From positions 16,926,001 to 16,990,000 of the forward strand of contig OZ365118.1 in the NCBI GenBank assembly GCA_977030845.1: a DNA stretch of 64,000 nucleotides, in the 5' to 3' direction. The stretch is from Fimbriosthenelais zetlandica (taxonomy: Eukaryota). Position 1 is the first letter of the stretch. Each line of letters begins with the position of its first letter. The notes under the pieces are model-generated. The model was not told where the DNA came from and did no database searches. It worked only from the letters and a program-made list of their open reading frames with translations. Both the position numbers and the translations under genes were made by a program. Positions 32,501 to 44,740 of the stretch are shown one piece after another.

Positions 32501-35500
32501 CCCAGTAGATGGACTTAATGATGTCTGGTTGAGGCTTGTATAGCCCCTGAGTGTGACTACAAGTCCTGAGCTAGCCGCCATGTTGGATAAGGACCCAGCT
32601 GTGTCATACCACAGGCTGCCCTCACCTCTGAACGCACCACAAATCATCCATATTGACATTTTTACTCAAACTGGCTCACAGCAAACGCGCTGTTAGATCG
32701 GTTAAACGCAGACAAACTGCGGCCTCTTGACCCGTCCCCTTCTCACCACCCCATTCACAAAACAGATGATGTCGTCCCAATACATGGTCAAGTAGACAAG
32801 AGGGGGTGGAAAATAGGCCCCCTGGTGGCATGTCTTATTCAGGCAGGAGGAAATTATTGACAGGGTCGCGTCCTGGGGAAGCCAGGAGACGGGAGGAACT
32901 GGAGGGACATAGCAGGGCACCTGAAGGGAGCAAAGATAACCCTGGTTATCAGCTTTATTCCACCCAATAAATGTAACATATTGCCACACTGGCCAGTCAT
33001 GCAGGACTTAGACACCTTGTGGAGACTTTAAAGTGTCAGAGCTATCTGTTACTGGCTGAGGCTTGAATTGGTGACAAGCTCAATGTGTCCTTGGCTAACT
33101 CCCTCCCCGCCTCGTCCGCCTGTATTTTGTCAACTGATAAATCCAATCAGTTACATGTTTACAAGCTTATGCCAGGATAAACATCCATGTCTGAATTGGG
33201 TCGCAGATGCTTATCCCACATGCATATATGTATGAGCATAGATATACTCCCAGATTGCCAGTATTGATCAAGGCATCCGACAAATCGGGATAAGTGTAAG
33301 CAAAATTCATCTTGGATAATTCAATTCCATTCAATATGGCACATGGACATTCTTATATACCGGTGTGTCAATGCTTCTACGATAGGATAAACCAGCGTGC
33401 CATTGTTAGAGGCGAGTTAGATAAATCATGCACATCTCCCAGATTCCCATGGAGCGGTTGAGCCTCATGTAACATGCAATTGATCCCTCCCTTGAGTAGG
33501 AATGATTGCAAGTTTCATGTCATCCTGACCTCCCATCAATATGATTCCTTTATAAGCCATATATCACACACCAAGACCAAGACAATGTCTCGTTGAATGG
33601 ATTCAGCACGCCACATGAATAACCATATATTGAATACCAGTGCCTTCTTTAACAAAAAATCTCATCCTGGTGCAAATGGTTTAAACCATGATTTATGGCC
33701 CTGTGTGACATCATTTTTATATTGATGAATTGCCCTGAGATAGCACGTGTTTCAATGGCAGATTTATTCCTCTATAGGAAGGTCCTTTGAACAATGAGCA
33801 TGTCTATTTTTGTTGGTGGCAGAGAGGGAGGAAACAAACCGACTGGTGTCTGGGTGATGGATGGCTTTTAGGCCCTTTGTTATTTACACAAGTTAGTCTG
33901 ATCTGGAATATATTCTCAGTTTTTTACAGTTTTTTTCTCTGAACGTGCTGTGAAGGGTGGAATACAGGCGTGCTGTGATTTGTTATCAGCGCCCCTTCTG
34001 GTGTCAGAGCTCTTGGTATATATGTGGGCCAGAGTCTTCCAATTCTAGAAACTGCCAGATGATAGATTGTCGCAGGTGTTTCTCAAAATCTAGAGGAGCA
34101 ATGTGATTCGGTTGAGGTTTGCAGCAGCTGAGTGATTGCCTTATTTATGCGTCTCGCTGATTCAGACATATGTCGCTGGCAGCGCCACTGAGATGATTCT
34201 GTCGACTAAATCAAGTTGGTGGATAGAGAGACACCCACCCACATTGGTGGAGGAGAGCCTAGAGCAGTGTCCCTATAACATGTTGACAGCCGCCGGAAGT
34301 ACAGGTCAACTTACCAAGTGTGACATGCGCAGTATGCCTTTCTCCATCTATTCTGGCGCCCTCTGGCCTGAGCAGGATAACTTTGATTTATACTCCAATG
34401 TCTTGGTGAAACTTGGACCAGGCCAGGCTGGGGTGGAATCCCCCTGATTCAGTTAAAGCAGAGTAAATACCAGTGAAGCATACGAAGCACGTTCCCTGTA
34501 TGGAGTGTGGAGCTGGGGCCAAGGAACAAGCACCCAATATCGAGTTGGCACCCTTGTACTGTATGCCCCCACATAATTACCAGAGAGAGGGAGCTATACC
34601 ACTCACAGAATCACCCGAGAGCAAGTCTGGCCCCCAACGCTATGCATGGACAGGCCCTCGTCCCTATACTCTTCAATATGAAACCCATCCGGCCCTTGGC
34701 TTCATTGCCTTTGCCCCGAGACGCTTGCCTGAAGCAGGGCCATTTGGTTTGGGTCTGTTTTGTAGGACGTTTAAAGCCCAACTTTTTGATTACAGACCAG
34801 ATTTTAATCATTTCACTGAGAAACTTAAATCACATCCCAGGGGAAGGCCGTATTGAATGACAGATTTGGAAAAAAGCTTGCCCCAGTTCTGCGGTCCACG
34901 CTTTTACAGTTTGCCTGGGCACGGATTGGGTTGGTTTAGCAATATCCTGGTAATACAGTATCAACGGAAAGCAGGTTTAATATCAAAGTCTTTTTATGCC
35001 TCTGTTGTATTAATTTCAGCGCTGCTGGATGATATGAGAAGTGTAGAATATATAGCCTACCTCGGGAGGGTTTTTACACCCAAGCTGTGGGCTTGTTTCT
35101 GGACATTTCGGTCGATGATTTGCTTAAAGATTCACCAAGGGTCTGAGAGATTGGACAGAGCACATTGGCATGTCATATAAGATACCCCGAGGCAATGCAC
35201 CAGATCCTAGCTAAGACAAAGTCGATAGAGGATCCTACCCAATGCATGCAGAAGCCTGCAACTATGCTTGAAATATGTAGGCGAGAAGACCGCAGGGGGT
35301 GGGAACCTGGATTTGCTAATTCCAAATTCTGGAGATCTCTCATCCTCCCATATAGTACTGTAGTGGCTTAGTGTGAGGGGGGCAGGACGATGTTGAACAT
35401 TATTGGAGAACAAGGGCAGGATGTCAACTCTCTCTCACTGGCTCCAAGTCTGGCAATGAGAAACTACCCACCTGCTGCACCATAAGTTGTCTTTTGGACT

Positions 35501-38500
35501 TTGACAACTCTAGTTGTCCTATTGCCCTGGAATCTCAGCGCCCCTATAGCCTGACAGTCTCTGGAATGGAATGCGCTTCTTTTTGGTTTTCATTTGTGGG
35601 TGCATTTGGCAGCATTACTGGGCAGGATGATATGTTCAGTTGCCTATAATGGTTTCAGTGAGCACAATCATAGTGGAGGTGAATGGATGTATGGGCATTT
35701 ACTCTTATCAGCCTCTTGCAGGTCTTTTAAAAAGCACAGCACATAGCAATCAATTGTATCTGGACCACAGTGGGCTCTCCCAGAACAGATCTTGGCTGGC
35801 TTTATTTGGTCTGCTGCTGAATAAATGAATCAATACCTTAGTAAATGAAAGTCCCACAGAGTATGGGGAAATCACTGCTATTCACTGACCATTAACACTT
35901 TGATGGTGACATTTCATCTCATTTTGACAAAGAAACTGTGATAGGATTGTCTCAATATGAAGGGATTGACTCAGAATGGTGTTGAGTTATCTTGATGGGA
36001 TAGATCAGAGAATCATCTTTTTCATTATAAGGCGTGATATGAATGAACACTGACAGGGGAAAAAATGGTTTTGCACTTGACTTTCTTTGTTTGAGTTGGC
36101 CATGGCCAGACAGACTGGCTCTGTCATCTTTTTATCTCTGCATTTAAAAAGGCAGTCTAGATAGTGGAAGAGATGTCTTCACCAATCCAGGCTGAGATGG
36201 TGCTCAGTGAGAGCCTGTGATGGGTAGTTATCATGTAGCCACCACTAGGCTCGACTGGAGAATTTCAGACCCCCTTAAGTCCCGTCACATGTGACAGGCC
36301 ATGTGACAGGCCCTCCCTTCATCCCTCCAATCCCCAAACTACGAGACCACCTCCTCATGTCTCCTCAAACCTGGCTACCCCAAAAAACCCACCCAATGTC
36401 CCCTCTCATCCAACCTGCCTGGCATCCTCGAGTATGCTATATTCCAGCGCTGCTGGCCTGTCCATATAAATCCTATGGGAGGAGTTTGATGGATGTGGAT
36501 CCCCTCTGTACCACATATCTGCCCCATCATAAGCTATGTCCACCTCTATCTCCCCGGGCCGACAGAGGCCATTGTCATGTTGGTGTCTGAACCTTATCGC
36601 GGATGGCCGCTTCGATGCCCTATAAAACGCGACACCTCGTAAAGGTATGGAACAAAAAGGGCTTTATCATGTCAGCATTCCCCACACTGCTCCCTCCCTC
36701 CGACTCCCACTGTATGCATTTCATAATTTTTCTATTCCTCAGTAATCTTCAGAGAACATGGAGTAATTTTGTATCATTCTTTTCCTATCTGACAACTGCT
36801 ACTCCAGCCTTTCCACTGTAGGAACTCTATTTCCGCTTGGGTCCGTCGCTATCAGGAGAAATAATCGATCCATTTTCTGCCTTCACTGTTCTTTAAACGA
36901 TGCTTATCTGTGGACGGCTTACAGCCTAAGTCACTCTGCAGTGAGAAGCGGGAAATGATGCCTTCTCCGTGACTTACATGTGGCCATTTTCTCAGCTTAT
37001 CCGCGAGGACAGGTTGCAAACATCAGGACTAGTGAAAACACGATTAGTCGGAACAATATTATATTATTTAGCCATTCCCTTGATCTGGAATCGCTGAAGA
37101 AAATGTAACATTTGTCGAGGCCGGCAAAGGCCTTATCTGTGTATGGCACGCTAAGGGGCTGCACGTTTAGGTGGGTGATAATAGACATCGATCCCTGCTT
37201 TGTGAGGTCCGACCCGCGCTGGCCAGCAGCACGGTAGCCAAGGCCAATACGGTAGCTAAGACATGCAGTGTATCAAAGGCTGCTTAGGGCAATCAAAGCA
37301 AGCCTACTGATATACCCTCCACCAAGGTGGCTGCCAGCCCTATAGCAGAATGGCTATATACTCCTTGCCAAGTCTGAGGGTTCACAGGGAAAAACTGACA
37401 TGGTATCAGGTGGTATTTGCTCAAGTGTTTAGTTGGAAATCATACGGACAAATTTTATCACCATATCGAACCAATAATTGTATGAACCTTATTAAATTAT
37501 CCAATATATGTCTCAGCATTTGACCTTTTCAGAATTTAAGATAGAAGTAGTTTTGTGAAGGTACTGGCTTGGTGCCCCGTCCCTGACTATAGCAGCAGGC
37601 TGAAGCCTTGTATATATATATGGACCAGTCCTTTGGATGATTGACTGTACCCTGGTGCAGAAGGGTTGCACCGTATGTGAGAATAGTGCTCAGTACTGTG
37701 TCACCGCGCTGCTTAATTGATAAGGCCCCCATGAGCAAACCTGGTATGCAGCCAAAGACAATTTACATCTTAGAGGAACCCCTGCCCACACCTATCACTC
37801 ATACTGTCCCACATTAGATAACTGGCCCTCAGGCCTGCCGGGGCCTGAGCCAATCCAGAAAAAACCTCTGATTGCTCTTTGTAAAGTGCTGTTGTTTTTT
37901 CAACTATTTGCCCATTTCCCAGAGCCTCTGTTTGCCAATAAACTATTTGAAATGTCTGATAAAAAATGTCGGAAGCATAAGCCGTTGCATTTACATAATG
38001 AAAATTAATATTTTTTAAACCTCCAAGGACCCGAATTTATAAGCACATTCATTGACCTCGTTTCTATTATCACCAATTTGTAAAACATCCATGTAATATC
38101 AGGAACACTTTTTGAAGTAGGAATCTTGATGAATTATTTCATTTCATGTTCATATAAAGCCTACTTTACATGCAAATCCAAGACAAGTATCCAATTTTCA
38201 AACGTTTCTTCTTTCATTTCAGCATCTGGATGACATGAGACAGCGCAAGAAAGATGACTCCATACAAGCCCCTAAGGTAATACCACTAAAGTAAATTTAT
38301 GTCACTTGATTCACGATAATTCAATTTTTATCCAAGTTATGACCATTTTTGTGGGTAATGGACGACGTTCAGCAGGCCCGACTGTCATGTTTTGTGAACG
38401 CCGACTTTGGCGACAAGTGCCAAAGTGGAAATTTTGAGCACATGCGAAGCTTTCCTCCTTCTGATCACTTAAATAGCCCTGAGATCATAGTGGTATGTTT

Positions 38501-39487
38501 CCCCCTTCCCTTGACATTGACAAGCTTGTAGACCATGCATATATGCACCTCCATATTCTAGTTTTAAGAGACAACCTTTCTTATTTATAACGCTACTTTT
38601 CGGGTCATGCTCACTTTAGTCTGGGGATACAAACCATCCGGTAGCGTGTTTTACATAAATGTTTTACTACGGCCTGCGGCTAATCATTATAAACATGAAA
38701 GGCATGAAGTCAGGTAAATGAGACTTGTCAGCATAAAACCAGGCCAGAAATAGGTTAGGTGAGAGGCGATCAGCCTGGCCTACCAGTCCAAAGCTGGCCC
38801 GCCTGGCTTGGGCGCTATTGATAGGCGCCATTTTTCTCCAAGGAAAGAAAATGAGTGGGGATTGTGGTGGGCGAGGATAAAAGCTATCAGTCTTTTAATA
38901 CCCTGCAGGTAATGTGTCAAATGCAGGCTGGGGCATTACATGGTTTTTGCTGTAATGGCCCCCCAGGCTCTTGTACGGCTGTTTACAGGGTCAGGGATAA
39001 AACATCCCCAAGATGCAAGCAAAGCCCTACTTGACAAGGCGGGGTGCAGTATAGCATGAAAAGAAACACCAGTAAAGCAATGGATTTTGGCCAATGGCAT
39101 TGGGCAGGAAATCACAGACTATCAGTGTATGGCAGTCCGGGAACATTGAAGGCCAGTTGAGGCATGTAAGTCCTGTCTGAGTGGAAGGTCTCTAACACTC
39201 ACATTCTGAGACCATTCTAATGGTGGAGTCCAATATAGGAGAGGTGAGTATCTCTCAAAATGATACTTTAGTCAGGAGATCTTCACTATCTATGACTAGA
39301 TCATTGACTCAATGTGAATGTTTAAGTATGAAAGAATTGACTAAGTTTTTGAGGCATTTCTGCTGTTTGAATCGGAAGCTGTTATATGCAGGGATAATAG
39401 CGGGAACAGAACTAGTAGGCTTAACTGAAAGAATGTCCAAAGTGACGTTAAACCCCTTTAAACAAACAAGCAAACAAACAAACTTAC

Positions 39488-39649
39488 CTTCTATGAGCAT
39501 GTCCATGGTGAACTCAGTACGGCTGTGGACATTGATAAACTGCATATCGAGATCAGCGATGTTTTTGCTGGTTTTCAGTTGATGCCAGGCCGACATGACC
39601 AGGTTCTTCCAGCCTTCTCCACTGTGACTTCCCTCATTGCTAATCACCC
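39488..39649 (-). CDS. iGluR coding exon 2 (G-VISNEG...TMDMLIE)
   Basis: Acceptor ttcttcttattcatacag|GG and donor GAAG|gtaagt; 162 nt, phase 1/1; lies within ORF 39309..39680. Confidence 0.85.
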
Positions 39650-40324
39650 CTGTATGAATAAGAAGAAAGTCTCTCATCACCTCATTCCCTATGCAAAGGT
39701 CAGCAAAATGTCAGGCGGACCGAGCCTCGGACATTCCCGCGTGTGTGAGCCGTCAGGAGGAAGTGCACAGTTTGCCTGCTCTCCTGTGCACAATGGGAAA
39801 GTCGAGGAAAGATTTGCTGACACTGGTCTGATGGTTAAAATTAGTTGACGGTGCATGCCTTGCTGTGTTTTCTACAATGGTTATCTATCACGATGTTGGC
39901 TTATACTTCTTCAGTTGTAAATCGTTTGTAGACAGACACGTAGTGCTAAGCTGTTTTAAAATGGTCTGTATTTGTCAGAATTCCGATGTATCTCAAGCAA
40001 ATAAGTTTATTGCTCTATTTGATGAACATATAATTCGTGATAAACGATAGCATTTTGTCTTGAAGCATGTCTATTTTGACTGGCTTTGAACAGAGAGGTC
40101 TCTAACTAGGTCTGACCTTGATTTAAAGTGAGCTGCCAGACAGCCCCTTAAAGTGAGAAATGGCCTCATTAAACTGTACTTAGCACGTCTCAAATGGCGG
40201 GAATAATGACTCAATAGACCAATATGAACTCAGCTCAATGTTATCACCTGATGCAAATGACTTTAGACTGTAATAAGTATATAATAGAGAAATGGTTAGG
40301 AAAGTTAAAAGAAGTTTTACTCAC

Positions 40325-40424
40325 CTGCCTTGATCTTGCATTTCACCCTGTTTTGAGACCTCTGTCCAACTACGGAAGCGGTGAGTGTGAGACAGAAAAG
40401 AGATAGCCAAGTGAGGGGTCCCAT
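40325..40424 (-). CDS. iGluR coding exon 1: start codon and signal peptide (MGPLTWLSLFCLTLTASVVGQRSQNRVKCKIKA-G)
   Basis: ATG in a good context (aagATGG), a hydrophobic signal-like stretch, and a phase-1 donor CAG|GTGAGT that fits the phase-1 start of the next exon. Too short for the ORF track. Confidence 0.8.
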
Positions 40425-43400
40425 CTTGAAGGATCCTTCCTTCCTTCCTTCCTCCTATAGCCCACGTACTGGAGGAGTTGGATCCCCCTGGATACCACTA
40501 GGTATGAACCTCCACACTGGAGCACCAACCTCACCTGGAGCAATGAGAATCTGAGGATGCGGTGGGTGGGGATCTAGAGGCAATAATCATTAGACACTCC
40601 ATGTTAATGATCCTAGTTGGCCTACTTCTGTATAGAGAAGCCTTGCTGGGATGGTGAGCCGACACGAGTCGGCATTCATCGACTCTGCTACTACTCACTG
40701 CTTCCACTGGTCTTTAAAGCCCCTTGGCCTTCCTCTCTTGCTCTGGGGCACACTGTCAATTCACTTCAAGAAGGCAGCGAGCAATGAAGAAAACTAGAGC
40801 TGAATGTCATATAAAAAGTCCTAACCAAGGCAGCGAATGTAGGTCTCTATATTGTGGTATATGTTGTGCAGCAGCCTGACTTGAAAGGCTGGGTCCTGGA
40901 TGGAGTTCCGGCAGTGATCAGGGCCGAGATCAAAGACCATGGCCATTGATTGTTCGTGTTGAGGTCCCCCAACATCAGACCTGACCGCACGCTGCTCCTG
41001 CCTCCACTGTTGATATCGCCTCCAGTGCTCCCAAGACCGGCCTTGTGTTTGTCTGCGACCTCCAGCCACTGAGTAACATGCCAACTTGGTCAGGGAGACA
41101 CTTCTAATTCCAGTAGAACCAAGGTCTGGTATCAAACCTCACTCAGTCACAACTGCCTCACTGCCGCAGACTTTTCTCCATCGCCTTGACCTTCATCAGT
41201 CTGATTACTATGGCGTCACTAGTGCAGGCGACTTAATTGAGGAGTCAGCTGTAGTTCCTGAAAGATGAAATAGATAGTGTGAGTAGAAGCACATTGAGAA
41301 AAGACCTCAAAAGGTAAAAGAACCTATGTATGACTTTCATAGAGTTCAATTTAGAAGGACGATCAAGAAAAAATAGCTCAAAGGGTTGTACATCAGTATT
41401 CTATAGCCATATGTTGTTCAGAGAACTGAAATAAATAGCCTGAGAGGTTGGTATGCAAACCTTTCGAAATATTGCATGAATTTTTACCATTTATCAACAT
41501 ATATTTTAGACAAAGGCAGCACTATACATACTGCCCTCCTTCTGTGTTATATTGAATCTTAGTATCTGCTAGCATAGTGGCCAAAGTGCCTCAAACACCA
41601 CCGTGATTCATAGCGCATATTTGCATAAAGATGCCCAGGGCATGTTAGGGTGGGAGCCTCTACCAGAATAAAACCACGGAACATGTATATCACTTATTAT
41701 AAAGCGTGTATAGCCAAACATAGCCCCCCGCCCGGTACAGACGCATTAGAATATAGAGCCTTATCTTAAGTAGATCTGTAGATATTGGGCTAATACTGGC
41801 CTTATTCCATCTCAACTCATCGTTAGTGCTAATCGTATATACACGCAGTCGATATAGCGGCCAGCCGTCTGGTCGCTTCCACTATAGTAGGGTATCGCGT
41901 GGAGTGATCTGGCACCATGATGGAGTGGTAGATGTTCTACTTATACCCCCCTCTCCCCACAATAGCTGACTATATCAAGGCAAGCATCCTTTAATCCTAC
42001 TTTGACTCGGGAAGCATGCGCCCGGGGGCATATTTTTGATCAATCAGTTGATATAGGAATAATTAGACGTTTGTACACAGAGATCAATTACGAGCAATCC
42101 ATGAAATTACAGAGCGGCTAAAGGCAGGGGAAGATTTGACGGTGTTTGTCCATCATACTATAAAACCAATTATCGAGGGTTTTAAGTGATGGAATGTTTC
42201 TTCCTTGGAGTAGAGTGTTTGTTCAGTGCGTATTCACTTCAATATTGAACACTCAGTCAATATGTATAACATATGGCTCCCTAGCTTCTTATCTTTTTCT
42301 CTCATTTTATTTCCCTGTTATACGCTTTACTTCCGTTTCCTTTACCTCCCCTTTCCCCGAGAGCCTTTTCCTTTACTTTCCAGTTTTACTGCTTTCCTCT
42401 GAACCTTATCTTCAAGCCAAGTCACATGGAGTCAGGGCACCCAGAGGAGCAGTTGTATGAGCAGCTCAGTGTATGATGTACATTTCTAAGCCTGTTATAT
42501 AGCGGGCTATATCGCACCTTAAACACACCCACATTCCAGTTAGCCTCCACGGAGGAACCCTGGAGGTTCCCAGGCCCACAAATCCACATCTCTAACACGT
42601 TCAAAGGCCAACTGGTTGTAGTATTGATGGGCGTCCGCATGGTTTTCATGGGGCCAGCTGGGGAATCCAATGCTATTTATCAATAACCGCTTCAATGCCT
42701 ACCTCTGACCACGCTCAACTGCTGTTTTCACATTGGTCAAATGCAAGGCCATTGAACAAGTCTGATGGTTAATTCTACAACTGTATAACACTGAAAACTG
42801 TAACCATTCTTTGCCTCAGTTATTTCACTTTGAGAATTGTTTGACAGTTTGTGAATCAGGTCCTATAATGAGGGAGCACTAACATCATGTAGTGATAACA
42901 GTAAAGCAATAAAACAGCTTCTGTCATTCTCTTTCGCTACAATTTCTGAGTGATATAAATTAATGAGGCTGGCATATTGCATTAGGTTGATGTGAATGCT
43001 GGCATTTTGATTTGAAGCATCACATCGTCTTTGAAAGGGCACATGTATACGAAAATTGGTAAAACATTCCACTAATTATGTGGATTGCCTGTACGGCAAA
43101 TGCCATTTCTAAGTTTTCTCTAATCGCTCTCAGAATATTTATGGTGAACGACTTAAATCTTTGTCGTACAGATTTGAGTAGGAATATGCTCATATTATTT
43201 TGAAATTTTCAAATGACTTTATGTTGAAGCTTTGTAGACTCATAAAGATGGTTAAAATTGATGTCATCATTTGGCCATCCCTCTAAAAGGCTCTAGAGCA
43301 TAGTGTATTGGAATGCTAATTCCACGGTCTGCTGTTTGGATTGTTGTTCTGCACTCGGAATAGATGTATCTCAGCTTCCCTTCTGACCAGAGTGGTCCAC

Positions 43401-44534
43401 AAATAGTCACCAGCCATAGAGGTATCAGGTTCCCTCCCTGCATGGACAAAATCCATATCCGCCCTTCAGAAAGAGCAGTAGGGTTTGGAGCCTGAGGAGA
43501 TGTAGGCCTGCCTCCCCCCAAAAAACTACTCCCCAAAATAGATGCTACTGCATATAGTACAGGCCCGGGAGGAACCCGAGACAAGGTAGAGGAGATGAAG
43601 ATGGATATCCTGTCCGAATAACGAACCCCTCTCATGTCAAGGCGGGTTCATGAGCCATGGTGAGCGGCTAAACCCTCGAGTGACAAATCCCATTGATAAG
43701 GGATAGGTAAGGTGAATAATTTATAGCGGGCGATTGGGGCCGGGATCTCTAGGTGTATTAGACATGGTGGTGGATGGTGTACAATGTCACAGTTGACTAA
43801 CCGTATGACATTTGGTTATTGATTGGAGTTTGGAGTCGGGGTAATACGCTGGTGGAGTGATCCATGTGCTTACATGGTACATCATGCTTCTAATTATGTC
43901 CATGAACGCTAGGGTGCACAGCTGTGTCACACGCTGTCACTTACTTGACTATAGGGAAGCCAGTACGATAAATGTAGCTTTGTAAGGAATGGCTGATGAG
44001 AATTCAGAGCTATCTCTGGATGTCCCGTATTCTTCCCATCGGTTAAATTCTTATCTCCTTCCACTCCAGAGTCTGTGGACTTCTCAAATACCTAGCTTAA
44101 AGCTGTTGTCTCATGTTTGGAAACCTCTCCATCTCCTTTCTTCTCATTGTTTTGCTTCATGCGTTCTTGCCAATATGATTAACTTTAAGATCAACTTCTA
44201 GAGTTTGCTTTATCGCTTGAATGTAAATGCATCATCCGAGGTTTCTAGAAGATTTTACAACTTGAGTTGAGTTCTGCAGGAAGGCCTGTAACCCTGCCTG
44301 CCTCTTTCGGCATTCTAACCTCCTTCTGGTTAAGCTTTGTGATTTTGTTTTTTAAAAGAGAACATCTTGTCAAAGGGAGGGCAGTGAATCAGAGGCAAGC
44401 ATTAAGAATTGGCATGTCATTATTCAAAAGATATTTAAACGAGCCACCTGCAAGGAATTTATGCTTTTGACGAGATGAGGGCTCACTAAAATGGAGAGCC
44501 CTTGGGCGGAACTTCCAACTCTCAAAGTTTGGTT

Positions 44535-44740
44535 GCGAGTCACTCGCCGGAAGTGACGTAATCCATCAGTGCCCGAACTTCCGGTGATTAGAATCAATCA
44601 GAAGACGGGCCGAGGTATCTTATCTTGAAAGTGATCCTCACTTGTTATGGAGCTCTTGTGACCACTAGTTAAGTTCCGCTATCATATAATCATCTTCCCT
44701 TACTGGCGAGAGCAGCTCGAGGCATGAAGCCCGCCATGTT
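44535..44740. promoter_or_regulatory. Promoter-like motif cluster (ETS-CRE composite, second ETS, YY1)
   Basis: CCGGAAGTGACGTAA at 44547-44561, ACTTCCGG at 44577-44584 and CCGCCATGTT at 44731-44740, in a locally CpG-rich patch. Confidence 0.4.

Larger units (their letters stand above)
1643..40424 (-). other. Gene span (partial, 3' end outside the window): non-NMDA ionotropic glutamate receptor subunit, kainate/AMPA-like, divergent; 9 coding exons, 1230 nt, 410 aa
   Basis: Exon lengths are 100+162+246+182+54+116+124+105+141 nt, with GT donors, AG acceptors and matching phases (1,1,1,0,0,2,0,0). The joined protein runs MGPLTWLSLFCLTLTASVVG...ISAMIGP...GIPYF...YKWATVAVIYDSAEG...GATGRLTFRQDGRRRGYIVDVLGL...VGFWN...IRVVMVQ. 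This matches the iGluR amino-terminal domain, and intron positions resemble those I recall for kainate-receptor genes. Confidence 0.9.

Noticed and set aside
32702-32989. YWDD resembling an RT active site
   Set aside because: An isolated tetrapeptide with no other RT motifs in register.
34136-35413. Run of successive roughly 100-aa plus-strand ORFs as a frameshifted gene or decayed transposon
   Set aside because: I could not recognise any protein motif in any frame.
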